DNA from: Pseudomonadota bacterium
Lineage (GTDB): Bacteria > Pseudomonadota > Gammaproteobacteria > Arenicellales > Poriferihabitantaceae
Assembly (NCBI GenBank): GCA_039029455.1
Contig: JBCCGE010000004.1
Location: 1,170 to 65,169 of the forward strand
Direction of reading: 5' to 3'
DNA length: 64,000 nucleotides
Part shown: in pieces, positions 30,863-40,121 of the stretch
Position numbering within the stretch: position 1 is the first letter of the stretch
Layout: every line of letters begins with the position of its first letter
Made by a program: the position numbers and the translations under genes
Notes under the pieces: model-generated
Seen by the model: only the letters and a program-made list of their open reading frames with translations
The model's database searches: none
Told to the model about the DNA's origin: nothing

Positions 30863-31423
30863 TTAATTCGGTTCGTCGGTCTGAATGTGTCGGGCCAGAT
30901 AGATCACCTGCAGGACACTAAACACAAGCGTCAGTCCGGTCAGACCGAAAACCTTAAAATTTACCCAGGTCTGGGTGCGCGTTTCCTCATCTGCGTTGAG
31001 GTCATAGTAGAAGGCGACGTAGAGGTTCAGGAAACCCATTAATACAAAAAATACTCCCCATGCCCAGTTCAGAGTTCGCCATACGGCCCCGGGCAATTCA
31101 ATCTGTGAGCCCATAACATGCTCCAGAGCGGTTTTTTGGGTGATCAGCATCGCCAGAATGACCCCCGCGAAAATCCAGTTGACGATGGTTGGTTTCCACT
31201 TTATGAATGTGTCGTCGTGCAGATAGATCGTCAATCCGCCAAACACAACAATAATAACCAACGTGATCAGGTGCATGGTTTCGAAGCGGCGATGTTTCAT
31301 CCAGAAATAGCCGACCTGTACGAAAGTGGCTGCTATAGCGGCTCCAGTAGCGATGTAAATGTCGTAGTACTTGGCAGCGGCAAAGAAGATCAGCAGCGGG
31401 AAAAGGTCGAAAAGCAGCTTCAT
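30863..31423 (-). CDS. yciB: intracellular septation protein A (YciB/IspZ)
   Basis: 186 aa. [27 protein letters not shown]... and 5 TM helices. Adjacent to yciI. Confidence 0.9.
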   Translation of the reverse strand: MKLLFDLFPLLIFFAAAKYYDIYIATGAAIAATFVQVGYFWMKHRRFETMHLITLVIIVVFGGLTIYLHDDTFIKWKPTIVNWIFAGVILAMLITQKTALEHVMGSQIELPGAVWRTLNWAWGVFFVLMGFLNLYVAFYYDLNADEETRTQTWVNFKVFGLTGLTLVFSVLQVIYLARHIQTDEPN

Positions 31424-31578
31424 AAATTCTCGATCGACATGAGGTTCAAATAGGGCCGGAATTCCAGCGTCAGAATCCGTGATGATTCACTGTGCAACCA
31501 ATTCAGCGTGCGGATTCCGCAGCGGAGTCTACCAAATAAGCCTCGACTACAGGGTCAGCTCTCGCAATCAAGTCACGC

Positions 31579-32271
31579 ATGGTTATAATCCAAGTTGATC
31601 AAAAATACCGCCGAAACACGTATCCAGGGGGCGTCATCAGTACAAAAAAATATATCGTTGTTGAAGGTCCCATCGGCGTGGGAAAGACAACGCTCGCGCG
31701 GAAAATCGCGTCGTCTATGGGCGCGGGCTTGCTGCTTGAACAACCCGCCGACAACCCTTTCCTTGAGAGATTTTATCGTTCACCAAGTCAATATGCTCTG
31801 CAGACGCAACTGTTTTTCCTTTTTCAGCGAGTAAAACAGCTCAAAGGCCTGCGGCAGGGGGATTTGTTTTCACCGATTCATATTGCAGACTTTATGCTTG
31901 AGAAAGACCCCCTTTTCGCAAGAATAACCCTCGATGAGGATGAGCTCTATCTTTATGAGCAGGTCTATCAGCAACTCTTGCCGGAGGTGCCAAAACCTGA
32001 TCTGGTGATCTATCTTCAGGCACCTATTGACACTCTGGTTTCAAGAATACGCAAACGTGGAATATTGTTTGAGCGCAATATGGAACGGTCTTATCTGGAG
32101 CAGCTTACGGACGCATACACGCGATTTTTCCTCGCATACCACGATTCTGCGTTGCTGATGGTTAATGCCGAGAACACCAATTTTCTCGAGAATGAAGAGC
32201 ACTATCAGCTGTTGCTTGAGCAGGCAAATGCAATCTCGTCAGGGCGACACTATCTCAACCCTGTGCTCTAG
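31579..32271 (+). CDS. deoxynucleoside kinase
   Basis: P-loop YIVVEGPIGVGKTTLA and a dNK-family ERF/DR-type pattern (NPFLERFY, QTQLFFLFQR, RIRKRG). The only in-frame start leaves a 24-aa N-terminal extension. Confidence 0.8.
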   Translation: MVIIQVDQKYRRNTYPGGVISTKKYIVVEGPIGVGKTTLARKIASSMGAGLLLEQPADNPFLERFYRSPSQYALQTQLFFLFQRVKQLKGLRQGDLFSPIHIADFMLEKDPLFARITLDEDELYLYEQVYQQLLPEVPKPDLVIYLQAPIDTLVSRIRKRGILFERNMERSYLEQLTDAYTRFFLAYHDSALLMVNAENTNFLENEEHYQLLLEQANAISSGRHYLNPVL

Positions 32272-32273
32272 GG

Positions 32274-32430
32274 AGCCTCTGCAAAAATCATGACCGACCC
32301 ATTTGAGTCTAAAATGTCCAATATCTTTGTTAGAAAACTTCGCAATAGAATGACTATTACGTGCGTTTTCTGCCTTGATCTTGAACATTTTAGCTCTCAA
32401 TCTGGGTTCGCCCAGGCTTTTGCAGAGGCT
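32274..32430. repeat. 13-bp inverted repeat pair bracketing a 131-nt spacer
   Basis: AGCCTCTGCAAAA (32274-32286) and TTTTGCAGAGGCT (32418-32430) are perfect reverse complements, with 2 more bp if a 1-nt bulge is allowed. An inner CTGGG-TTCG-CCCAG hairpin lies at 32402-32415. Confidence 0.5.
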
Positions 32431-32568
32431 TCCTAGTACTTTTTCAATGTAGTATTGTGGCGTTGCACGTTTTCCTGTGGGCTCGCAGCGCGGCGTGCCT
32501 CCATAGCCATCCCTAAAAACTTACTGAATCCATCAACAGTACGGCGGAAGAGTACCAGGTTATTGATC

Positions 32569-33003
32569 ATGTCAGACACAGACACAAAGGCATCGGGCTA
32601 TCCATCGGGTAAGCAGCCGTCTTTGCGCACGGTCGCTATGCCTGCTGACGCCAATCCGGCCGGAGATATTTTTGGTGGCTGGATTATGTCGCAGATGGAT
32701 CTGGCGGGTGCCATTTATGCCAGCTATATCGTCAAAGGCCGTTTAGTGACGGTGGCGGTGGAAAGTATGAATTTTCACCTGCCGGTGTTTGTTGGCGACC
32801 AGGTCAGCTGTTTTTGTGAAACGCAGCGCATTGGCACAACCTCTGTATCCGTTCACATCGAAACCTGGGTGCGGCGCAAGATGTCTGATTTGCAGCATCT
32901 CAAAGTGACCGAAGCGTGCTATACCTATGTTTGTATCGACGAAAACCGGCGCCCCGTGCCGGTCAAACCCAACCTTCGAAAAGGGGATTCAGCATCACCG
33001 TGA
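32569..33003 (+). CDS. yciA: acyl-CoA thioesterase (YciA-like hotdog fold)
   Basis: ATG at 32569 (MSDTDTKASGYPSGKQPSLRTVAMPADANPAGDIFGGWIMSQMDLAG). The longer ORF from 32455 has no support. Confidence 0.85.
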   Translation: MSDTDTKASGYPSGKQPSLRTVAMPADANPAGDIFGGWIMSQMDLAGAIYASYIVKGRLVTVAVESMNFHLPVFVGDQVSCFCETQRIGTTSVSVHIETWVRRKMSDLQHLKVTEACYTYVCIDENRRPVPVKPNLRKGDSASP

Positions 33004-33443
33004 CAGATGGCTGGGTTGCTTACCTGCGCAAACATATCCCGCAGGTCCGAACGATGGATCTTCAAGCGGGACCAACAAGCGAGGAGGGCGTGCGCCTTCG
33101 CGTGCCGCTAAATCTCAACCACAACGACAAAGGAACCGGTTTTGGCGGTTCACTGGCCACATTGTGTACCCTGGCCGGGTGGTGCGTGGTTTCAGAAATC
33201 TGCGCCCGAAATGATTGCACCGTTGACATTGTCGTTGTGACCAGTCGAGCAGAGTATATCAAGCCTGTAACCGATGAATATTTGAGTGCTCTGGGCTTGT
33301 GGCCTGACACGGCTGAAGAGGCCGAGTTTTTGCGTACACTGCAGAAGGACAAGTGGGCGAAAATGCGGGTTCGATCTAGAACCGGTAATGCGGAGAGTCC
33401 GGCCGTTGTATTCGAGGCGACATTTGGCGCGAAAGTGCTTTAA
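33000..33443 (+). CDS. YiiD C-terminal-domain-like putative thioesterase
   Basis: GTG at 33000 overlaps the yciA TGA (GTGA). WVAYLRKHIPQVRTMDLQ...LNHNDKGTGFGGSLATLCTLAGW resembles the YiiD_C/hotdog family. Confidence 0.6.
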   Translation: MTDGWVAYLRKHIPQVRTMDLQAGPTSEEGVRLRVPLNLNHNDKGTGFGGSLATLCTLAGWCVVSEICARNDCTVDIVVVTSRAEYIKPVTDEYLSALGLWPDTAEEAEFLRTLQKDKWAKMRVRSRTGNAESPAVVFEATFGAKVL

Positions 33444-33482
33444 TTGCGATGCAGTCGTTGCATAACGAGTAGTTGAAATGAC

Positions 33483-35108
33483 ATGAGTAACAATATTTTT
33501 GAGTATGGACTGGGTAAGTGCGAAGCAAATTACGCGTCTTTGTCACCTCTTGGATTCCTTGAGCGTGCTGCTTCCGTGTATCCGGACCATACGGCGGTAA
33601 TTGACGAGGATCGTATACTGACCTGGTCACAGGTGTACGCCCGATGTGTGAAAATGGCGTCAGCGCTGCATGCAATGGGTATTGGCTCTGGGGATACAGT
33701 TTCAGTGCTTGCACCAAATTCGATTGCAGCGTTTGAGTCTCACTACTCCATACCAATGGCCGGCGCCGTTCTCAACGCAATCAATACGCGGCTTGATGCG
33801 AGCATGGTCGCGTTTATTCTCGAGCACGGTGAAAGTCGGTTATTGATTGTAGATCGGGCTTTAGAGTCGCTGACAATGGAGGTGTGTGGAATGTTGAATC
33901 GGCACATTCCTGTGATTTGGGCAGGACCGGGAAGTATCGAGCCCCGCGATGGCGGCAGTGACTACGACAACATCATTGAATGCGGTGATGGTGCTTTTGC
34001 ATGGCAATTGCCTGATGATGAGTGGGATGCGATTTCGTTGAACTATACGTCCGGTACAACCGGTAATCCAAAGGGCGTGGTTTACCATCATAGAGGCGCT
34101 TATCTAAACGCAATCAGCAACGCAGTAGGCTGGTCAATGCCTCATCATCCGGTATATCTGTGGACTCTGCCAATGTTCCACTGCAACGGTTGGTGTTTCC
34201 CCTGGACTCTGGCCGCTCTGGCGGGCGTCAGTGTGTGTCTTCGGGATATCAACGCAGGCACAATCTTTGAGGCGATTGACTCTCATGGTATTGACCACTT
34301 TTGCGGAGCGCCTGTCATCATGAACATGTTAATAAATGCCAGCGATAGAGATCGTCGTCCGCTAAGCGGACCTGTAAAGATGATGACAGCAGCTGCACCG
34401 CCACCGGCCTCGGTACTGGCTGCGATGGAAAGCCAGGGTTTCTTAGTGACCCATGTCTACGGTTTGACGGAGACCTACGGACCTGCAGTAATGTGCGCGT
34501 GGCACTCGTCCTGGGACCAGCTTGAAAGTGATGCCAAAGCAGAAAAGAAGTCCAGACAGGGTGTCCGCTATCACGCGCTGGAGTCACTGGATGTATGTGA
34601 TCCTGAATCGGGGGCACCGATGGAAAGGGACGGTGAAAGTCTGGGTGAAGTTACATTTCGCGGCAACATCGTGATGAAAGGTTATCTGAAAAACGAAGAG
34701 GCTACGAATAAGGCATTTCGAAATGGCCATTTCAATTCCGGTGATCTCGGCGTTATGCATGATGACAACTACATCCAGTTAAAGGATCGATCCAAGGACA
34801 TCATCATTTCCGGAGGCGAGAATATTTCATCTATTGAAATAGAAGACTGTCTCTATCGGCATCCATCTGTACTTGAGGTGGCGGTTGTAGCCAGACCCGA
34901 TGAATACTGGGGTGAGACCCCCTGTGCGTTTGTGGCGCTTGCCGATGCCGCAGATATCACCGAATCAGAGTTGATTGTCTATTGTCGGGAGAATTTGCCT
35001 CACTTTAAATGTCCGAAGTTAATTGTCTTTGGCGAATTGCCGAAAACATCTACCGGGAAAATTCAAAAATTCAAGTTAAGAGAAAAAGCGGCCGCATTGC
35101 CAGTATGA
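33483..35108 (+). CDS. AMP-dependent acyl-CoA synthetase/ligase (medium-chain type)
   Basis: 541 aa. AMP-binding motif [59 protein letters not shown] and C-terminal [10 protein letters not shown]. Confidence 0.9.
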   Translation: MSNNIFEYGLGKCEANYASLSPLGFLERAASVYPDHTAVIDEDRILTWSQVYARCVKMASALHAMGIGSGDTVSVLAPNSIAAFESHYSIPMAGAVLNAINTRLDASMVAFILEHGESRLLIVDRALESLTMEVCGMLNRHIPVIWAGPGSIEPRDGGSDYDNIIECGDGAFAWQLPDDEWDAISLNYTSGTTGNPKGVVYHHRGAYLNAISNAVGWSMPHHPVYLWTLPMFHCNGWCFPWTLAALAGVSVCLRDINAGTIFEAIDSHGIDHFCGAPVIMNMLINASDRDRRPLSGPVKMMTAAAPPPASVLAAMESQGFLVTHVYGLTETYGPAVMCAWHSSWDQLESDAKAEKKSRQGVRYHALESLDVCDPESGAPMERDGESLGEVTFRGNIVMKGYLKNEEATNKAFRNGHFNSGDLGVMHDDNYIQLKDRSKDIIISGGENISSIEIEDCLYRHPSVLEVAVVARPDEYWGETPCAFVALADAADITESELIVYCRENLPHFKCPKLIVFGELPKTSTGKIQKFKLREKAAALPV

Positions 35109-35563
35109 AAAAGAAAATTGAATTAAAAATACTCGATCATAGAATAACCGAATCTTTTGGCCTGCCAAAATACGCAACTTCCGGATCAGCCGGACTGGAT
35201 TTGATCGCGTGTGTTGAACAGCAAACCGGGCTTGAGCCTGGTGAGACCAAACTGATTCCAACAGGAATCGCAATCCATATTGCCGATCCGAACTTCGCAG
35301 CGGTCATTCTTCCGCGTTCCGGGCTTGGACACAAACACGGTATTGTATTGGGCAATCTCACCGGTCTTATCGATTCCGACTATCAGGGGCAGCTTTTTGT
35401 CTCTTGCTGGAACCGCGGCGCTAATAGTTTTGTCGTCAATCCCGGAGATCGCATCGCTCAGCTTGTGATCGTACCGGTTGTGCAGGCTGAGTTTGAAGTC
35501 GTTGAAGAGTTTGATCTCTCAGACCGCGGCGACGGCGGATTTGGCTCGACCGGAAAGTCCTGA
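35105..35563 (+). CDS. dut: dUTP diphosphatase
   Basis: ATG at 35105 overlaps the ligase stop (ATGA). [37 protein letters not shown] and [11 protein letters not shown]. Confidence 0.95.
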   Translation: MKKKIELKILDHRITESFGLPKYATSGSAGLDLIACVEQQTGLEPGETKLIPTGIAIHIADPNFAAVILPRSGLGHKHGIVLGNLTGLIDSDYQGQLFVSCWNRGANSFVVNPGDRIAQLVIVPVVQAEFEVVEEFDLSDRGDGGFGSTGKS

Positions 35564-35595
35564 AAAGGTGACTGCGTCGAGCTGGAAGTTGAGGC

Positions 35596-35970
35596 TTAGA
35601 ATCTGATCTGCAGTCTCTGAACGGTCTCCTGAAATCGGTGACGCGTGCGTTTCTCAAGCAGTAGTGTTGTCTTCGCAAACAAATGCTTTATTTTGGCTCG
35701 GCCGCAAATGTGCACTGCAAAATCCACGGCTGCTTGCAGCAATTCGCGGTACTCAGTCCAGCTGCGATCCGCGCTTAGATGTTTAACCCGCCCTTTGGAG
35801 ATTTCGAAGTACGGGTTCTGGCGTCTGCCTATCGCTTGAATCTGTCGGTCGAGGCTTTCGACAAGATTGGCTCCACCGAGTTTTTCGACCATTTTTGACA
35901 GGCTGAGTATTTGTAACTGCACACAGAAGGCAGCCAGTGTCTTTTGTTTACTGTCGGTCGATTCTGCCAT
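35596..35970 (-). CDS. hypothetical soluble, predicted all-helical protein
   Basis: 124-aa ORF starting 6 nt after the upstream membrane ORF. No recognisable motif. Confidence 0.45.
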   Translation of the reverse strand: MAESTDSKQKTLAAFCVQLQILSLSKMVEKLGGANLVESLDRQIQAIGRRQNPYFEISKGRVKHLSADRSWTEYRELLQAAVDFAVHICGRAKIKHLFAKTTLLLEKRTRHRFQETVQRLQIRF

Positions 35971-35976
35971 CGGATA

Positions 35977-36393
35977 TTACTTAATGACGCTGATAATATG
36001 ACGCGAACCGAATACCATAAACATAAAACCCACGATAAACAGTATGTCGTGAACCGAACTTTGCTGTCCAAGCATGAATTGCTTAAGCCAGGTTACGGAT
36101 AATAGCGAAAACACAATGCAAAGCATTCCGGTACCGTATAGGGTCAATGCTCGCGCAATTGCGCCTCCGGCCATTTTTTGGCTGAGCGAATACACATATA
36201 CCGAAGCCAGAAGTCCGAGCACAATTGCAATGCTGAGCAACCACTGGCTGAACTGAAGTGGCGGTTCTTCGCTGGCAATACCGATTGAGGGAAGCACACC
36301 GAATATCACCATGAAACCCAGTCTGAATGAGAACAGACGTGGTCGATCCGAACGACTTTGCGATGTTGAAACAGATACGTCCATTGGCAGCAA
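35977..36393 (-). CDS. hypothetical small membrane protein (3-4 TM)
   Basis: 138-aa ORF. Hydrophobic helices WLLSIAIVLGLLASVYVYSL, LYGTGMLCIVFSLLSVTWL and ILFIVGFMFMVFG. A possible internal start (MVIFGVLPSIGIA) would act as a signal/anchor. Confidence 0.5.
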   Translation of the reverse strand: MLPMDVSVSTSQSRSDRPRLFSFRLGFMVIFGVLPSIGIASEEPPLQFSQWLLSIAIVLGLLASVYVYSLSQKMAGGAIARALTLYGTGMLCIVFSLLSVTWLKQFMLGQQSSVHDILFIVGFMFMVFGSRHIISVIK

Positions 36394-36466
36394 TGATTTG
36401 AACCAGTGGACATTTCGACTCGCAGGAAAGCAGGAGTTCCTGAATTGGTCAATAGAATTTAACTAT

Positions 36467-37258
36467 CTACCAACTATCGCGGAGTTCGCGCAACTTAATG
36501 AAAACGGATCGACTGTCTGGCGACGGACCCAGTTCAGGAAACGCGATTCGGATTCTCTCGATAACTTCAGGGTTTTGTAACCGAAAAAAGGTATTCACCT
36601 GCTTTTCGAGGGCAATCGATGTAATCATCGCCTCAGCGGGATTTTGCTGTGCGGCGGTCGCCATGAGTTCCCTGGCTTTTTGATTGCCCGGTTCTCTGTC
36701 CAGAGTAAACCCGAGATTGTTTTCAAAATAATCATGACCGGGATAAATCAGCGTGTGATCAGGAAGCCGATATAACTGGGAAACAAAGGACTCGTAAAGT
36801 TCATTGGGATGACCTCCGTTGTGGCAGTTGCCCGCCCCGGCGTTGAACAGAGTGTCTCCGCAGAACAGAGAAGGAACGTCGGTTTTTGACAACAGACAGA
36901 GATGACTCATGGTGTGTCCCGGAGTATCGAGCACCTCAAGATCTACTGTTTTGCCGACTTTTATTGAGTCGCCTGCTGTAAGTCCTTCATCCATGTCAGG
37001 TATCGCCTGAGCTGCACCGGCGTGAGCAAGCAGGCGGGCGCCGGTTGCTTCGACAACATGATTGTTGCCACCGATGTGATCGTCGTGTTCATGGGTATTC
37101 ACAATCTGTGTGATCGTCCAGTCATTGTCGCTGGCAACCCTCAGACATTGCCGATAATCCAGAGGGTCTATGGCGAGCGCTTCACCCGTCTGGGGACAAG
37201 CAATCAGGTAGTTAAAGTTTCTGTAGGCGTTGGCCGTCCAGATTTGTTTGACAATCAT
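36467..37258 (-). CDS. gloB: hydroxyacylglutathione hydrolase (glyoxalase II, MBL fold)
   Basis: 263 aa. NFNYLIACPQTGEALAIDP, THEHDDHIGGN (HxHxDH), DTPGHTMSH and PGHDY. Confidence 0.88.
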   Translation of the reverse strand: MIVKQIWTANAYRNFNYLIACPQTGEALAIDPLDYRQCLRVASDNDWTITQIVNTHEHDDHIGGNNHVVEATGARLLAHAGAAQAIPDMDEGLTAGDSIKVGKTVDLEVLDTPGHTMSHLCLLSKTDVPSLFCGDTLFNAGAGNCHNGGHPNELYESFVSQLYRLPDHTLIYPGHDYFENNLGFTLDREPGNQKARELMATAAQQNPAEAMITSIALEKQVNTFFRLQNPEVIERIRIAFPELGPSPDSRSVFIKLRELRDSW

Positions 37259-37486
37259 GATATCAGCTGGTCTTGCATCAAGTTATTGGCTACGACCCCA
37301 TTGTAACAATATCCCGTCGCACCAAAAGGACTGTGCACGTGCCCGGGTTATACGGGTGTAAATCGACCTGACCTCTGGTATTTTGAGGTGTCGTGCGTGC
37401 ATAATAGTTTATTGACTATAAAAACTGGCAGTGGGAAGTAAAATAACGACTAAAAGCAGATCCAGGGAGGCGAGGGTCTGAATCCT

Positions 37487-38137
37487 ATGGAGCTGAATCG
37501 GTTTCTTTCTTGTTGGAATCGTGTCTGCGATCGGGGTCCCAGTGCATCCGAGGAGTATCTTCGGGAAATGTATCACTGGATTATCGATCAGTATCAGGAG
37601 AGCGCGCGCGTATATCATTCTCTGGTGCACATCGGGCATTGCCTCGACCAACTGGATCGTGTCGCTGATTCCGGTGATTTTGAACCGGAAACTATTGCCA
37701 GAGCCGAGATGGCAATCTGGATGCACGACGTAATCTACAGCCCCGGTGCAACCGATAATGAATCACTGTCAGCCCGCTACTGGCAGGACGTGTCTGCTGA
37801 CTTTGCCAGCCCAGAGGTTCGAGACCAGATATCCGAAGCGATTAATGATACGACACATAGCGGCGTTCCCAGATCGAAACTCGGGAAGCTGGTGGTTGAT
37901 CTTGATCTCAGCGGTATGGGACTGTCATTCGAGAAGTTTATGCGTGATGGTGTTGGTGTTCGACGGGAACTGAGTCATCTTTCAGACGACGATTATCTTC
38001 AGGGACAGAATCAGTTTTTTGAAAGACTGATTGAAAAAGAGCGGATTTATCACACCGACTTTTTTTACAATTTGTATGAAGCCAGCGCCCGAAAAAATAT
38101 CACTGCCGTCCTTAATGGTGAAACTCTGAACGGGTGA
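37487..38137 (+). CDS. HD-superfamily predicted metal-dependent phosphohydrolase (COG4339-like)
   Basis: 216 aa. YHSLVHIGHCL and WMHDVIY supply the H...HD ligands. Confidence 0.6.
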   Translation: MELNRFLSCWNRVCDRGPSASEEYLREMYHWIIDQYQESARVYHSLVHIGHCLDQLDRVADSGDFEPETIARAEMAIWMHDVIYSPGATDNESLSARYWQDVSADFASPEVRDQISEAINDTTHSGVPRSKLGKLVVDLDLSGMGLSFEKFMRDGVGVRRELSHLSDDDYLQGQNQFFERLIEKERIYHTDFFYNLYEASARKNITAVLNGETLNG

Positions 38138-38571
38138 CTACGGATTACATTATTCGCACTGCAAATGACACGGACGCCGATAGACTGCGTGCGCTTTGGC
38201 TGGAATGCGGCCTGACACGTCCTTGGAACCCGGTGGGACGGGACATACAAGCGGCTTTAAAAGGGGATAGCAGTACCATTCTGGTGCTGGTCACCGACTG
38301 TGAGTTGACTGGATCTGTAATGGCAGGTTTCGATGGCCATCGCGGTTGGGTGTATTACCTGGCGGTAACACCGAAGTATCAAAATAAATCCCACGGAAAA
38401 GTGCTAATGGGGGCTGCGGAGCAATGGTTGATGGATCAGGGCGTCTGGAAAGTCAATCTGATGATCAGACCTGAGAATTCGAAAGTAGAAGCGTTCTATC
38501 ACCGGTTGGGCTACACCACTGAACCCCGACTCGTCATGGGCAAACAACTGGCTGATCCCATTCAAGATTAG
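38134..38571 (+). CDS. GNAT-family N-acetyltransferase (YpeA-like)
   Basis: GTG start overlapping the HD-gene stop (GTGA). IRTANDTDADRLRALW and an acetyl-CoA-site pattern (RGWVYYLAVTPKYQNKSHGKVLM). Confidence 0.85.
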   Translation: MTTDYIIRTANDTDADRLRALWLECGLTRPWNPVGRDIQAALKGDSSTILVLVTDCELTGSVMAGFDGHRGWVYYLAVTPKYQNKSHGKVLMGAAEQWLMDQGVWKVNLMIRPENSKVEAFYHRLGYTTEPRLVMGKQLADPIQD

Positions 38572-39166
38572 CGTGAAGCAGTCGGATTGGAGAGTCGCTT
38601 TGCTGTGAGTACTCAAACAGCAGGGGGCGACGAAAATCAACTTCGATCCAGAATGGTGACTCCATATCCCAACCGCATGCCAGACTGATTGCGGATCGGA
38701 TGACGCCCTTGTGGGTAACCGCCACCGCATTGGACTTTGGTCGTCCGGATGTCAGCCATCGTGTCAATCTTTGGCGAACGTCTCCGGCGCTCTCGCCATC
38801 AGGAGGTCTCATCTCAAGTCCGCGCGACGGTTCAAGTCGATCCTTTTTTATCCGGGTTTTCAGCTCTGATAAGTCGAGACCTTCATACAAGCCCCAATTC
38901 GTCTCAGTAAGTTCATCGACCACATTTACCGACTGACCTGAGAGTATTGAGGCGGTTTGGTGCGCGCGCGCGAGTGGACTGCTAAACCAGTTTGCGCGGA
39001 TATAGTCGTCGTGGATGCGAGTGTTTTTAAGGGCTTCGACTGATTCGTCCAGAAGCGGAATATCCGTCCTGCCCTGAAGCCGACCCGACCGATTCCAGGC
39101 GGTCGGCGCATGCCTTACAAATGCAATCCATTGCCGTTGTTCTTGATCCTCATACAGGAAAGACAT
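38534..39166 (-). CDS. histidine phosphatase (phosphoglycerate-mutase-like) family protein
   Basis: 210 aa. Catalytic RH motif (FVRHAPTAWNRSGRLQGRTDIPL) and a later H (AVTHKGVIR). Confidence 0.8.
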   Translation of the reverse strand: MSFLYEDQEQRQWIAFVRHAPTAWNRSGRLQGRTDIPLLDESVEALKNTRIHDDYIRANWFSSPLARAHQTASILSGQSVNVVDELTETNWGLYEGLDLSELKTRIKKDRLEPSRGLEMRPPDGESAGDVRQRLTRWLTSGRPKSNAVAVTHKGVIRSAISLACGWDMESPFWIEVDFRRPLLFEYSQQSDSPIRLLHANLEWDQPVVCP

Positions 39167-39202
39167 TTCAGTTCGCCGAGGTCCGTTTGGTGTTGGCAGC
39201 CC

Positions 39203-39946
39203 TCAGGAGGTTGTTGTTTTAACGTCGCGTCGAAAGAATGCGGTGATCCAACCAAGCGCACGGTCAGCGTTTAATGGCATTTCTTCGAGACTTTGCAGCG
39301 TTTTTTCGTAAACCTCTTCACCGATAAGCTCGCGCCGATACTTTGCCCTGAACGCACAAAATTCCTTCGAAAACTCCGGATGTCCCTGAATTCCCAGGGC
39401 TAGTTTGTTGTCTGATATTACGCCATGTGGACAAAAATCACTGTGTGCAAACGTTTCAAAACCAGGCGGTAGCGCTGTAACCTGATCCTGATGGATCACG
39501 ACCAGATTAAAGCCGCTGTCCTGTTCTTCGCCGTCCCAGTCCGGCGATTTCGTCATAAAACTGCGATGAATGCCAAATCCCCAGCCAACGTCCGCTTTTT
39601 CTGCGACACCTCCCAGAGCCTGTGCAATCAACTGATGCCCAAAACAGATGCCGACGGTTTTAATCTGCCTGGCGTAGCAGGTGCGGACAAACTCACTTAG
39701 CCGGTCAATCCATGGATAGCCGTCATAGACTCCGTGACGGGAACCTGAGATCAGATAGCCTTCGAAATCAGAGACATCAGCAGGGAAATCGTCTTCTACA
39801 CAGCGAAAGGGCGTCAATACAATGTTTTTATCAACCCTGTGCAGACTCTCCCTGAAAAATTGCGCATAGGTTCCGTATGTCGATCTGAATTCAGGATCGA
39901 CGTCATCGCAAAGCAGAAGTCCGATGTTTAGAGTAGCTTGTGTCAT
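39203..39946 (-). CDS. class I glutamine amidotransferase-like protein
   Basis: ATG at 39946 (MTQATLNIGLLLCDD). Nucleophile elbow GICFGHQLIAQALGG. HPEF near the C-terminal part. Confidence 0.85.
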   Translation of the reverse strand: MTQATLNIGLLLCDDVDPEFRSTYGTYAQFFRESLHRVDKNIVLTPFRCVEDDFPADVSDFEGYLISGSRHGVYDGYPWIDRLSEFVRTCYARQIKTVGICFGHQLIAQALGGVAEKADVGWGFGIHRSFMTKSPDWDGEEQDSGFNLVVIHQDQVTALPPGFETFAHSDFCPHGVISDNKLALGIQGHPEFSKEFCAFRAKYRRELIGEEVYEKTLQSLEEMPLNADRALGWITAFFRRDVKTTTS

Positions 39947-40121
39947 GATTTTCAATATGCGGGTGCGACATCGATTCGTCAACACTCCGGATTAGTGATT
40001 CACCTGTCCGACTGACCGCGGCATCAACTGTTTGTATTGCCTGAACTGAAAAGCTTGTTTACGCAGCGTTCGGAGATTACCATTCACAGCCCCGAACCGT
40101 TCAAATTCACAGACTAAATTT

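Noticed and set aside
32402-32415. tRNA-like GGTTCG string and other GGTTCGA-like strings in the window
   Set aside because: No acceptor, D or anticodon arms can be drawn around them. I could draw no tRNA cloverleaf around any of these strings, and I saw no other tRNA-like region in the window.
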